Assembly (NCBI GenBank): GCA_004524445.1
Contig: SDNP01000007.1
Location: forward strand, 33,141-97,140
Direction: 5' to 3'
DNA length: 64,000 bases
From: Candidatus Thorarchaeota archaeon
Lineage (GTDB): Archaea; Asgardarchaeota; Thorarchaeia; Thorarchaeales; Thorarchaeaceae
Part shown: in pieces, positions 39,962-50,501 of the stretch
Layout: each line of letters starts with the position of its first letter
Position numbering within the stretch: the stretch's first letter is position 1
Notes under the pieces: model-generated
Seen by the model: only the letters and a program-made list of their open reading frames with translations
What the model was told of the DNA's origin: nothing
Database searches by the model: none
Made by a program: the position numbers and the translations under genes

Positions 39962-41686
39962 CTAGAATGCAAGTATGGTGGCAATAATCCATCCAAATAG
40001 CAATGCATTAATCAGAGCTCCCAAGTAGTAGTTGTTTGTTTCACGATAGCACCACACGTTGATTACGGTTCCCACAGCAAACCAAGGCAAGAAGGCATAG
40101 AAGAACAGGAATGAGTATCCAATAATACCTGGGATAACCGCGACACCCGTCAAGAGTCCTATCCCTAGTTCGATTGAGATGAGAATCACATATGGTATAC
40201 ACTTCATGAAGACCGCACTGCTCGACCAAATCAACTGCCCCTTGTACCAAGGTTCGAAGTTTCCTGGCCTTAGCAGCCCCATAAACCACATTCCCTCTAT
40301 GAGGAAATAGATGCCAAATACTATCGAGTAGGTCGGGACAAAGAGCGCCCTTGAAACAGTAAGATCATTCATTCCCGGCAGGAAGCATCTGAAGTCCAAT
40401 GCAAGACCAAGGTCTACCAGAAGCGTCCAAGCATAAAGCCACATAACTACCAAGAACGCCAGCACTAGCGATTTCAGTAGTTTGGTCTTAGAGCTGCCTT
40501 CTTCTGTATCTAGGCGCCATAGTGTCCCCCATGAAATCCCCTCTCTCTTCTTCCTTTTCAAGGTCTTCCGCATTACAACGAGGGTGATTAGTGCGCTTCC
40601 GAGTATCCAAAGGGATATTGAAGGGCCATACCGCTGCGGGAATGGAATGAATGCACCAGCACCTAATAGAGGATAAAAGGTCCCAATAGATATCAGGCCG
40701 TAAATGATGCCAAAGCCAAAATAATCTTTCTTGCTAACAGAGTATTCTGCTGCTGGTCTATCTTTCAAATCACCGAAGGATGAAGTGCTGAGAAGAATGG
40801 TTATGAGAGGAAAGATGGTCAAAACAAGACCAGAAGTAGCGATGAGTCCCCCCACCAACCACCAGCCGTAAATCAGCTGATCACTATCTATCCAATGTTC
40901 ATCTTCAACTCCTCCCTTGAGGCTGTTTTGCATCCATCGAGTTGTTTCCCTCACGATTTCTGGGTCGATAGTTTCGAAGAGATGATTTGTTCTTGCAATG
41001 ACTACTCTTCGAGCAGTTCCTTCTTCAAAACTGCCATATGTTGTGTCCTCCTCAACATTAGTCACTCCAAAGACATCTGACAGAACATCCAAGTCGTCTT
41101 GAAAATTGAAGAGAGAATCAAAATCGCCCACTGTTATGAGCAGATTACTGGGGTAAGTGGTATTTGCGGCGTCTGTAACCCAGCTCCCCACTAATACCAT
41201 CGCACGAACCGATATTGTAGATTGATTAATTGCACGCCACGAGATTCCCCCTCCCATGCTGTGCCCAATCAGGCCTAATGATGATGAGTTCACATAGCCA
41301 AGGTCAGCAATATACTCTAGAGATGCGGCACCCGCACCAGTTCCGTCATCTGAATTTCCATGGCCATTCGCATCGATTGTGAGAACGACATATCCCCTTC
41401 TAGATAGTTCGATGCCAAATGCCATCAGCCACTCCTTGCTTTGCAGGGAACCATGAATTACGACTACACCAGGCAGGGGATTACTCTCTGTTGCATAGTT
41501 TGGTTTCTGTAACGTGGCATGAATATTCGAGCCATCAGTGGCACTAAAATCCACTTCTGACACTGCAACCTCACCAAATGAATTCTGAATTGTTGCTCCT
41601 AATGCGATACCTGAGCCTAAGATCAAAAGAAATACAACAAGTGACAAATAACGAAGTCGGAGCTGTTTCAAGAGTTTCACCAACAT
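39962..41686 (-). CDS. Membrane-bound alpha/beta hydrolase (extracytoplasmic hydrolase plus polytopic C-terminus)
   Basis: N-terminal TM, IHG, GHSMGG nucleophile, about 8 C-terminal TM helices. Confidence 0.85.
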   Translation of the reverse strand: MLVKLLKQLRLRYLSLVVFLLILGSGIALGATIQNSFGEVAVSEVDFSATDGSNIHATLQKPNYATESNPLPGVVVIHGSLQSKEWLMAFGIELSRRGYVVLTIDANGHGNSDDGTGAGAASLEYIADLGYVNSSSLGLIGHSMGGGISWRAINQSTISVRAMVLVGSWVTDAANTTYPSNLLITVGDFDSLFNFQDDLDVLSDVFGVTNVEEDTTYGSFEEGTARRVVIARTNHLFETIDPEIVRETTRWMQNSLKGGVEDEHWIDSDQLIYGWWLVGGLIATSGLVLTIFPLITILLSTSSFGDLKDRPAAEYSVSKKDYFGFGIIYGLISIGTFYPLLGAGAFIPFPQRYGPSISLWILGSALITLVVMRKTLKRKKREGISWGTLWRLDTEEGSSKTKLLKSLVLAFLVVMWLYAWTLLVDLGLALDFRCFLPGMNDLTVSRALFVPTYSIVFGIYFLIEGMWFMGLLRPGNFEPWYKGQLIWSSSAVFMKCIPYVILISIELGIGLLTGVAVIPGIIGYSFLFFYAFLPWFAVGTVINVWCYRETNNYYLGALINALLFGWIIATILAF

Positions 41687-41747
41687 GCAATCAAAGAACT
41701 AAGGTAATTGCCCTCTTTTATTTGTTAATGATGCATCCATGTTATGT

Positions 41748-42959
41748 TTACTTTTCTATACCATGGATGGGAAACAACAAATTCTGTACATTGCTGACTG
41801 AATCCGTGACAGCCCGACGAATATTGACAAAGGTTTCCTCCTCGGTTCTAAATGGCCTGTCGGTCCATCCGCCACGCTTGATTTCAAGATCAAAGTCTTG
41901 ACATAATCTGATCCATTCAGCAGGAAGGGTTGAAGGCAGCGGGACTTTGGCGATATCTGCCAGCACCATGGTCCAAATCTTCGCAGTGGATACCGGGTTA
42001 TATCCGCCTCCACCAACTACTGCAAGCTTCCCGTCGCTGAGTTCAACTAACTGTCTTACTGTCTTTGACATTCGATTATATGTGTCGTTGGTCAGCATTA
42101 AATCTGCCAGAGGATCCAACATGTGTGCGTCAGCACCTACGTCCCAAAAAACGAAATCAGGAGTGAATGCCAGCCATAGTGGTACTATCGCATCTTCAAA
42201 AACACGCCAATATTCATGGTCATCAGTCAATGGTGGTAACGGTATATTCACATTGTACCCTTCTCCATCCCCTGAGCCGATTTCCTCTACTCTTCCAGTT
42301 CCAGGATAAAAACCCATGCTAAGTTCATGCACGGAAATCGTCATCACATTCGGATCATCATAGAATGCATGTTGTGTCCCATCTCCATGGTGAACATCTG
42401 TATCGAGATAGAGCACTCTTTTGTTGGGATATTCTTCTCTATACTTCTTTATGGCTATCACGCAATCATTGTAATAGCAAAAGCCGCCCGCCTTACTCTC
42501 GAGGGCATGATGCAAACCTCCAAAGAATGAGAAAGCATTTCTATATTTTCCAGACGCCACTCCCATTACGGCATCTATAGCACTGCCAACCAGATAGTTT
42601 GAGTACTGGTCCATCTGCGGAAATACAGGACAGGACTCGGTGTCGAGACCAAATCTTGATGCAAAGGCTGTGCCCTGATTTCCAAACAACTCAATGGTTT
42701 CTATATAGCTGGGGTCGTGAAAGAGACCTAGCTCTTCTCTTGTCGCCAACCTCATGGGGACAAGTTCGATATTGGAGTGATCGGTTATTTCAGCCATTAC
42801 CGGCAATTGCCAAGTAGTTTCAAACCTAATTCTATTCCAGAATGGGTTTCTCTCTAATCTGAGTCTCTCAAGTTCATCTAAGCCGTATAGATTTAGGAAT
42901 TTCTTGGGATCGAAGAGAGCCGTCTTTTTGGACACTTTGGTTCCTCCAACTCTGTACAC
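41748..42959 (-). CDS. Zn-dependent deacetylase (AcuC/HDAC family)
   Basis: GGLHHA, GFCYYND, DVHHGDG, GADAH..DP, GGGGY. Confidence 0.93.
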   Translation of the reverse strand: MYRVGGTKVSKKTALFDPKKFLNLYGLDELERLRLERNPFWNRIRFETTWQLPVMAEITDHSNIELVPMRLATREELGLFHDPSYIETIELFGNQGTAFASRFGLDTESCPVFPQMDQYSNYLVGSAIDAVMGVASGKYRNAFSFFGGLHHALESKAGGFCYYNDCVIAIKKYREEYPNKRVLYLDTDVHHGDGTQHAFYDDPNVMTISVHELSMGFYPGTGRVEEIGSGDGEGYNVNIPLPPLTDDHEYWRVFEDAIVPLWLAFTPDFVFWDVGADAHMLDPLADLMLTNDTYNRMSKTVRQLVELSDGKLAVVGGGGYNPVSTAKIWTMVLADIAKVPLPSTLPAEWIRLCQDFDLEIKRGGWTDRPFRTEEETFVNIRRAVTDSVSNVQNLLFPIHGIEK

Positions 42960-43044
42960 TGATTGAATTCAGCAGTACCACAGTGCTGAAGGAAACCCCT
43001 CGCTATTTAGAGGTAATTATATGACTTCCTGTAAAATTGCATAG

Positions 43045-44037
43045 TTATCGTTCCTTCTGCAAGCCCAAGAGGTCTCTTTTGAGGAGGTTTCCAGAAACAA
43101 GCACTACCTGTTCCAATCGAAACTTCCAGAAGAATCCGATACAGGAAGCAAAAGTCAACAGAGCGATTGATAGTCCTAAAGCCATGTGTGTCGGACTGAC
43201 AAAAGACAGGTCAGGCCCTTGGACCACTGTGTCAAGAGCCACTTTGAAGCTCTCGTTGAAATAGTTAAGTAGAGTATGTGCTGCAATCGGCCCAATAAGG
43301 GAAACTCTAGAAGTGAACTTTTCATAACACACCCCAAAGACAATTCCGAGCAAGCCTGAAAATACGACCATTACAACGGCATCTCCCACCGGAAAGTATC
43401 CTTTAGTGAAATACGTATGGACTGGCCAAACAAGATGCCACACACCGAAAATGGCTGCGGAGAATAATATACCCGTTCTGGCTCCATATCTTTTCCTGAA
43501 GCCATTCTGCAAGAGCCCTCTAAAAAGGCCCTCTTCATAGACCGCATTGATGGCAAAGAAGATGAAGGTATAAGCCAGCAACTCGGGTCCAATGAGAATG
43601 GAGAACTGCAAGGTGACCGAGGGTTCTATGAAGAAATACAGAATCATGGACAAGACGTTGATACAGAAATACATCCCAAGCCCTAAGATTGTTCCGACCA
43701 ATAGATTGGCCTTTAAGTTGGAATTTGTCAATCCAAGGATTGGTCCAACCTGGTCTCTTCGACACATCCAGAATACTCCTATGAGTACAGCAAGGGAAAT
43801 CACCTTGCAAGGAAGGATATTCATCCAAGTGCTTCCGAGAGAGAATACAAAGACATCGATGTGCCGCAAGATTACTCCTAAGGCAACCATGAATAGTCCC
43901 AATGGTACGAGGCCTATCCGGGAAAGAAACGAAGATTCATCCTGTTCTTCTGTTCTTTTCACTGTTTCAAGTACTGTGATTGCAATTTCCTCCGAGATGT
44001 TGTCTCCAGTAAGGTTCCTAAGAGGAGATTTAAGCAC
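43045..44037 (-). CDS. CPBP/CAAX intramembrane metalloprotease
   Basis: EEGLFRG, FGVWH, AHTLLN. Confidence 0.9.
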   Translation of the reverse strand: MLKSPLRNLTGDNISEEIAITVLETVKRTEEQDESSFLSRIGLVPLGLFMVALGVILRHIDVFVFSLGSTWMNILPCKVISLAVLIGVFWMCRRDQVGPILGLTNSNLKANLLVGTILGLGMYFCINVLSMILYFFIEPSVTLQFSILIGPELLAYTFIFFAINAVYEEGLFRGLLQNGFRKRYGARTGILFSAAIFGVWHLVWPVHTYFTKGYFPVGDAVVMVVFSGLLGIVFGVCYEKFTSRVSLIGPIAAHTLLNYFNESFKVALDTVVQGPDLSFVSPTHMALGLSIALLTFASCIGFFWKFRLEQVVLVSGNLLKRDLLGLQKER

Positions 44038-44157
44038 CCCATTATTCCATTTATGTTCGTTTTATGACCTGTAGATTGGAGTTTTTTTCCTGACCTGCTT
44101 ATATTGTCTAATATGGAACCAGTCTACGGATTGAAATCTTCCCTGGAGGAACAATAA

Positions 44158-44835
44158 ATGCAATTAACAGATCCAACTCTTCTCCCAAGTTTCATCACAG
44201 CATTTATCGGATTCATCGTAGCAAGCTATCTGTTTTCGCTTTGGTATAGACAGTCAGCTCGCATGTATACTGATCTCCCACTAATGTTCAGTCTGAGTAT
44301 ATTAGGAACTGGAGTCAATATGCTGATACATGCCATCCCAATCATACTGCAAATGGAATCGACCCTTGCTTTATTCAAGATTCGCTCATTGGCCATTGGG
44401 CTCTCTGTAATCCCCATGATGGGAATTCTATTACATATCTGGCTTCCGAAATATACGAGGTGGCATGTACGGTTTTTGGTGTCTATAGTACTTTATTGGG
44501 CACTGGTCGCATCAGTTGGCCCCAATCAAACGAGCATCATTCTATTGACAGTTCCCGTCCTTCTCATATTTACTTTGGGACTAATAGTAACATTTGCCAT
44601 AACTTGGAAGACCGGCCGCCTTAAGGAAGTAAGAAGTGACTTGTTGGTAGTGTCATTGCTATTGGCATTCGCAACTCAAGCTTTGAAAGTCCCCTTCCTG
44701 CTTTGGGGTCTTGATACAATGACCTATCTGCTGAATGTTGCTATGATGATTCTCATCGCCATTGCCTTGGTCAATCCCTGGTATCATCGGATAGAAGCCA
44801 CAAATGAAGTGACGGTGCAAGCAGTGACCTACTAA
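44158..44835 (+). CDS. Hypothetical 7-TM membrane protein
   Basis: Seven hydrophobic segments. Confidence 0.7.
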   Translation: MQLTDPTLLPSFITAFIGFIVASYLFSLWYRQSARMYTDLPLMFSLSILGTGVNMLIHAIPIILQMESTLALFKIRSLAIGLSVIPMMGILLHIWLPKYTRWHVRFLVSIVLYWALVASVGPNQTSIILLTVPVLLIFTLGLIVTFAITWKTGRLKEVRSDLLVVSLLLAFATQALKVPFLLWGLDTMTYLLNVAMMILIAIALVNPWYHRIEATNEVTVQAVTY

Positions 44836-44881
44836 AGACGACTTCGAAACCCTCATTATCCAAGAACCCTGAGAACAAAAC

Positions 44882-45895
44882 ATGTCCAAGTACGAACTGA
44901 TTAGACAGACCTTCTTAGGGAATCCGCAAGATAGAGTTCCAATATCACTCTGGAAGCATCATCCGCAGATTGATAGAACTCCGGATGGGTTGGCTAACGC
45001 AGAGATTGCATTTCATAAGAAATTCGATCACGATTTACTCAAGATATCGTTTTTCGGCCATTATCCCTGTATCGACTTCGGTTGTCAAGCGGAGTACGAT
45101 GGAGCCGTCTCGGGTTCAACAACACTAACTGAGGCTGCAGTAACAAAGGTCAGTGATTGGGAAAGCTTAGAACAGCCGGATGTGAATTCAGGTGTTTTTG
45201 GGAAACAAATCGAGGCAGTCGAATTGATATCCGAGTACGCTCAAGGAAGAGTTCCAACCATGGGCACTATTTTCGACGGGCCTATGGTGGCAGACAAAAT
45301 CTGTGGAAAAAATCTGAATATGTATATGACAGAGGAACCCGAAATCATGCACGATGTTCTTGAGATGATAACAGATACCATGGTGGAGTTCTCGAAAGCG
45401 GTCTTGGATGCTGGTGCAGATGGTCTTTTCATCGCATCACAACACTCTACTGAGGCTGCAGTCAGTGATGAGCACTACATGGAGTTTATTCTTCCGAACG
45501 ATTCAGAGCTCATCTCACGGACGAGGGGCAATGCCGGATTCATAGTTATGCATCTTCATGCAAGAGATTAGGGTGTGAAAATCAGATTCAAGAAGATTGC
45601 AAAGACACGAGGGCTTGATGCCATAAATTGGGAGGACCAGACTTCTTCACATTCACTGAGTGATGGAAAGAAAATCTTCAGAAAGGGTGTTATTGGTGGC
45701 ATTGACCACAATGGAATTTTCCGGGAAGGCACGGCTGAAGAGGCTGAAAAGCAGGTGCTAAGTGCAATTGAGGAGGCGGGGCACAGACGTCTTGTGGTTG
45801 GTCCCGGTTGCGTCATCACAACGGACACGCCCGATCAAAACATCAGCGCCGTTGTTGATGCAGTTCGATCACTTAAGCCGTATGAAGAAGAGTAG
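44882..45895 (+). pseudogene. Uroporphyrinogen decarboxylase/MtaA-family protein interrupted by in-frame TAG at 45569-45571 (pseudogene or readthrough)
   Basis: DRVPISLWKH, AGADGLF, MHLH*, IGGID, VGPGCVI; ORFs 44882-45571 and 45575-45895 share a frame. Confidence 0.8.
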
Positions 45896-45904
45896 GAATG
45901 AAAC

Positions 45905-47620
45905 ATGACGAAGAATGCTGATGTTGCACAGGCACTGAAGGAAATATCACTCTTACTGGAGGTCGAGGGAGAAAATCCCTATCGTCTACGTGCCTATTCC
46001 AAAGCTGTCCGTTCAATATCCTCACTCGGAGAAGACATTGAGGCCATTGCAAGCAGAGATGAACTCACAAACATTCCTGGTATTGGAACAGGCATAGCTG
46101 CAAAGATAGAGGAGTACTTGAGGACTGGGACAATTGACATGCTTGACGACCTCCGTGCGCGAACTCCTGTTGATGTTCTCGAATTAGATGCAATACCGGG
46201 AGTAGGACCAAAAACCATCAAGCTAGTCTATGACGAATTGGGAGTTAACGACTTGGAATCTCTAGAAGAGGCTGCTCTGAGTGGAAAGATAGCTACTCTC
46301 AGAGGGATGGGTGAAAAGAGCCAGACCCAGATTCTAGAGGGTATCGAGCTTGTGAAGGCTGGTATCGGGAGAACACTTCTTGCAGAGGCAATGCCTCATG
46401 CTGAAACCATCAGAGAGAAACTCCTGAAACACTCTGATGTAAACCGGGCAGTGATAACGGGATCTTATCGTCGACGTCGTGAAACCGTGCGCGATATTGA
46501 TATTCTGGTGGATGCCAGTTCCGCTGAGGCCGTCATGAACTTGTTTGTTTCTATGAATAATGTAATGGATATTATTGCACAAGGCGAAACAAAGTCGTCA
46601 ATACGTCTGGAGAATAACTTGCAGGTCGACCTCAGAGTTGTCCCTTCTGAGAGTTTTGGTGCAGGACTACAGTATTTTACAGGCAGCGTTGACCATAATG
46701 TCCATCTCCGATCCAAGGCTATCAAGATGGGTCTGCTTCTCAATGAGTATGGGTTATTCAAGGATGATGAGAGAATCGCTGGAAATGATGAAGAAGATGT
46801 CTATGCCGCACTCGGTCTACCATGGATCCCTCCTGAATTACGTGAAGACAGAGGGGAGATTGAGGCTGCACAGAGTAATTCCCTTCCAATATTGATTGAA
46901 ACTGACGATATCCGTGGAGACCTGCATAGTCATACCGACCAGTCTGATGGAAGCAACACCATTGAGGAGATGCTTGATGCGGCAGACTCCTTGGGTTATG
47001 AGTACTACTGCGTATCAGACCACACCCAGAGCTTGACGATAGCAAATGGCATGGATGAGGATCGCCTTCTGAAGAGAATTGAGGAGATTGATGAGTTAAA
47101 CTCCTCTGGTAGATGGAATCTCAAAATCCTCAAGGGAGCTGAGGTTGACATCCTAGCAGATGGAATATTAGACATCGAAGACGACGTTCTTGCTCAATTA
47201 GATATCGTCACTGTGTCTGTACATAGCCGGATGAAGGATACCAAGGAAGTCATGACTGCCAGAGTGTGTGAAGCCATCAAAAACAAACATGTACATATCT
47301 TGGGCCATCCCACAGGAAGACTTCTTCTAAAGCGTTCTGAGTTTGAGATTGACCTTGAGCAGGTATTTGCTGTTGCCAAGAAACACAATGTGGCAATGGA
47401 ACTCAATGCCCATCCTTGGAGATTAGACCTTGATGCTGGGAATCTTCGTGCCGCTAAGCGGGAGGGTCTCAAAATTGCCATCAATACTGATGCACACAAG
47501 ATTCCTGAACTCCATTACATGAAATATGGTATATACCAAGCTCGCAGAGGATGGCTCACAAAGGAAGATGTTCTAAACACCTACCCTCTTGATGACTTGC
47601 TTGTCGCATTACAAAAATAG
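45905..47620 (+). CDS. polX: DNA polymerase X with PHP domain
   Basis: GSYRR, DIDIL, VDLR, YFTGS, NEYG; PHP HSH..SDG, SDH, GHPTGR, NTDAH. Confidence 0.95.
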   Translation: MTKNADVAQALKEISLLLEVEGENPYRLRAYSKAVRSISSLGEDIEAIASRDELTNIPGIGTGIAAKIEEYLRTGTIDMLDDLRARTPVDVLELDAIPGVGPKTIKLVYDELGVNDLESLEEAALSGKIATLRGMGEKSQTQILEGIELVKAGIGRTLLAEAMPHAETIREKLLKHSDVNRAVITGSYRRRRETVRDIDILVDASSAEAVMNLFVSMNNVMDIIAQGETKSSIRLENNLQVDLRVVPSESFGAGLQYFTGSVDHNVHLRSKAIKMGLLLNEYGLFKDDERIAGNDEEDVYAALGLPWIPPELREDRGEIEAAQSNSLPILIETDDIRGDLHSHTDQSDGSNTIEEMLDAADSLGYEYYCVSDHTQSLTIANGMDEDRLLKRIEEIDELNSSGRWNLKILKGAEVDILADGILDIEDDVLAQLDIVTVSVHSRMKDTKEVMTARVCEAIKNKHVHILGHPTGRLLLKRSEFEIDLEQVFAVAKKHNVAMELNAHPWRLDLDAGNLRAAKREGLKIAINTDAHKIPELHYMKYGIYQARRGWLTKEDVLNTYPLDDLLVALQK

Positions 47621-48279
47621 AATGATAACGCGATTTCACTGAAAATTTCTCGGTTGCGTTAGTAACAATTTGTGACCTATTTGTGTGACCCCGAAACGTG
47701 GCTTTGCATTATATACTAACCTTGTTCACTATTTCTTAGAAACAAAATGGCTCTAACATCCAACAACCAAGTTGTCCACGAGAAGAAGAACATCAGAAAG
47801 GCACAGTCAACAGATGCAATATCCTATGCCTACAGAACCGTCTTGAGGTGAATGGGAGATGAAAAAATCAGACTACAAGAGAAAACTCCTCTTCAGAAAC
47901 CACGACAGCACGAAGGCAATTGCGCTGAACTACTTTCGGAGATGAACACAGATGCAGTCGAAAAAAATGAACTTATCTGAAGACATCTATTCATCCGATC
48001 CCCGCAAGGGAAAAGACCTATCCTATGACGAAGTGCTCGCGTTAGAAGCAACGTGAGCATTATTTCTTTTTTCCTTCCTCTTGTCTTTATTGAGAAAATC
48101 GAATCGAATGACAAAACCCCTCTTCTAAGAGTTGCTGAGTCATACTAATGATTTCATTCTCAGTTGTTACCACTATTGGAACACGTGTTCTAATGAATGA
48201 AACCCCGTGAGCGAACTAGAATCAGAACTATCAACAAAGAAACGGCATGAACAGGCAATCAGCTGCTCCGAAAATGAAA

Positions 48280-48421
48280 TGGTGCCGAGGAGGAGATTTG
48301 AACTCCTGAACTCCTGCGAGAACGGATGTCTCATCAGGATCGAGTCAACAGATCTTGAGTCCGTCGCCGTTCTACGTTGTCCAGCCCTGGGTGCTGAACA
48401 TGACCGCTTGGCTACCTCGGC
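48280..48421 (-). tRNA. tRNA-Leu(CAA) with two introns: D-loop (48372-48401, 30 nt) and 37/38 (48328-48353, 26 nt)
   Basis: Acceptor GCCGAGG/CCTCGGC plus ACCA; long variable arm; anticodon CAA; BHB junctions [CTCA]AG|A with [TGAG]AC|A and [GCGG]TC|A with [ACGT]AG|A. Confidence 0.9.
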
Positions 48422-48579
48422 ATTTCTAGCAAGAGCATCCTCTAATGTGTATATAGTCATTTCCGTTACGCAGGAGTTTTGGTATAGGATTTCACACATC
48501 CCGACATGGCAGCTCGAAAAGCCAAGACCCATGGAGAAGCCGAAGTACTCTTTTGCGGGTTTGCACCTACGTAGCGATA

Positions 48580-49371
48580 GTGAATGAATTGGCTCGCATA
48601 GAAGTAGATGGCATCCAGCTTTTTTACCGTGTAAAGGGAGAAGGGCCTTCTGTATTGCTTATCCATGGTCTCGGTGGTGATATACGTGGCTGGGAATTTC
48701 AGGAAGATAATCTTTCAAAACATTTCACGCTCCTGATGCCCGAGTTGAGAGGTCATGGCAGGTCAGAAGGTCCGGATGCACCCGTTGTAACGGCAGAAAT
48801 GTTCGCTAAAGATATTGCAGTCTTTTTGAAGAAACTAGGATATGACGATGTACACGTAGTTGGTCAGTCTATGGGTGGAGTTATTGCTCAGCAATTCACT
48901 CTAGACTTTCCCGAGCATGTCAAGAAATTGGTCTTGATAGATACAGCACCCAAAATAACTGAAGAAACTATTGACGAGGTATATAGTTGGAGAGAGGCAC
49001 AAGTAGAGGGCGGTCAAGAGGCATACCATTTGGCTGCAACAAAGAGCACATACTCGGAAGAATTCATTGAAAATAACAGAGAATTGATTGATTATCTACT
49101 GAACAGAGAGGACCTCGTCAATGAAGAGGGGGTCTTGGCTGCAGGGCTTGGTCTTACTTCATTTGATGTCACTGATAGGCTCTCCGAGATTCAAATTGAA
49201 ACTCTCATTATCCACGGGGAAGGCGATCGCATAATAGACTACTCTCTTGGAAAAATCTTGCATGATGAAATTCCCAACTCAAAGCTGGTTTCTTTCCCAA
49301 ATTGTGGACACTCGCCCACAGTGGAGAAAAGGGAAACACTCGGTCAGATACTCATTGATTTTCTAAGATGA
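48580..49371 (+). CDS. Alpha/beta hydrolase
   Basis: LIHGLGG, RGHGRS, GQSMGG, HGEGD, GHS; GTG start at 48580 inferred. Confidence 0.92.
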   Translation: MNELARIEVDGIQLFYRVKGEGPSVLLIHGLGGDIRGWEFQEDNLSKHFTLLMPELRGHGRSEGPDAPVVTAEMFAKDIAVFLKKLGYDDVHVVGQSMGGVIAQQFTLDFPEHVKKLVLIDTAPKITEETIDEVYSWREAQVEGGQEAYHLAATKSTYSEEFIENNRELIDYLLNREDLVNEEGVLAAGLGLTSFDVTDRLSEIQIETLIIHGEGDRIIDYSLGKILHDEIPNSKLVSFPNCGHSPTVEKRETLGQILIDFLR

Positions 49372-49671
49372 CTCTTCGTCAAGTAGCTCTTCAAGATGTG
49401 GTCTAATCTTTTCATAAAAATCCGAGAGAATTTTCGCTTTTTCATCTTCTGCTTCAAGGATGAATAACCGAATCTGTTGCCCCACACGTATCTCTTTGAC
49501 TAACCCCATATCAACCAGCGGCTGCATGACTCTGTGAATAGTTGAATGGGCAAGATCAGTTTCTTTTGCAATCCGACTCAGATTAAAGAAATCTTTTGGC
49601 TTTTCAAGGAAGTGTTGCACTACACGGGTCTGAGCACGTGAGGCAAACACGATTTCAAGTAATTCATCCAT
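49363..49671 (-). CDS. Winged-helix DNA-binding protein
   Basis: NLSRIAKETDLAHSTIHRVMQPLVDMGLV. Confidence 0.8.
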   Translation of the reverse strand: MDELLEIVFASRAQTRVVQHFLEKPKDFFNLSRIAKETDLAHSTIHRVMQPLVDMGLVKEIRVGQQIRLFILEAEDEKAKILSDFYEKIRPHLEELLDEESS

Positions 49672-49696
49672 TGTAATTCATTCCTCCAAAGACAAT

Positions 49697-50386
49697 TCAA
49701 TTCTCTTCATGGGTGACCACAGTCCCAATTTCCTTTCCGGCAAGTATGGCCTCAAGATTTTTCGGATTCCTTCCATCAAAGAATATCGTTTTAATCTTAG
49801 ACCGCTCGACAACCTTCAACGCAACAGGATCAAACAGTCTATACTCACCAGCACGAACTGCGCCGCCTGAGAGTATCTTCTTCAACTCGTCGATATGTAC
49901 AGAATCTAGCTTTTTGGCATCGCTTTCATCAGGGTCCTTGTTATACACACCATCAACATCGGTTGCATTCAGCATCATATCAGCACCGACAGTTTCAGCT
50001 GCTAGAGCAGCAACCGCATTGGTTGATTGTCCTGGTGTCAACCCGCCCATGAGTATTATTCGATTCTGGCAGTCTGCAAGTGCAAGTTCGTCCAATGATT
50101 CGGCAATTCGTGGATATGCCTTCTTGCCAAGCGCAGTCCTAAGCAGCTCCGCATTGTGTCTAGCAAGTTCAATTCCAAGCCAATCACAATCAGATTCACT
50201 AGCTCCAAGCTCTCTTGCTGCAGCAATGAATGTCCGTGCGGGTTTTCCGCCTCCAACAATAACTACAAGCTTGTGCTCCTTGGAAACACCTCCAATAATG
50301 TCTGCATAGCTCCTGAACTTGTCAACTAGGATCTCGCCTGCATCATTATAGAATAGGGAACCTCCCAGCTTCACCACTACTTGCAT
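49697..50386 (-). CDS. pyrH: UMP kinase (archaeal type)
   Basis: VKLGGS, VGGG..AR, PGQSTNAVAA, TDVDGVY.KDP. Confidence 0.95.
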   Translation of the reverse strand: MQVVVKLGGSLFYNDAGEILVDKFRSYADIIGGVSKEHKLVVIVGGGKPARTFIAAARELGASESDCDWLGIELARHNAELLRTALGKKAYPRIAESLDELALADCQNRIILMGGLTPGQSTNAVAALAAETVGADMMLNATDVDGVYNKDPDESDAKKLDSVHIDELKKILSGGAVRAGEYRLFDPVALKVVERSKIKTIFFDGRNPKNLEAILAGKEIGTVVTHEEN

Positions 50387-50501
50387 GTTGAATCAACCTG
50401 CGATATCTGGACATGAGGACTTACTGCGAGTTGCTAAAGAAGTTTTCTTGAATGAACCAGTTTCTCGAATTTTCGAAACAAGTATTTTCTCTAGTTGATA
50501 A

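Noticed and set aside
45540-45600. BHB mRNA intron removing the UroD amber codon
   Set aside because: Only a weak G-U-rich hairpin, with no 4-bp central helix flanked by 3-nt bulges
48173-48587. ORFs of 119 and 126 aa spanning 48173-48587
   Set aside because: They overlie the tRNA-Leu gene
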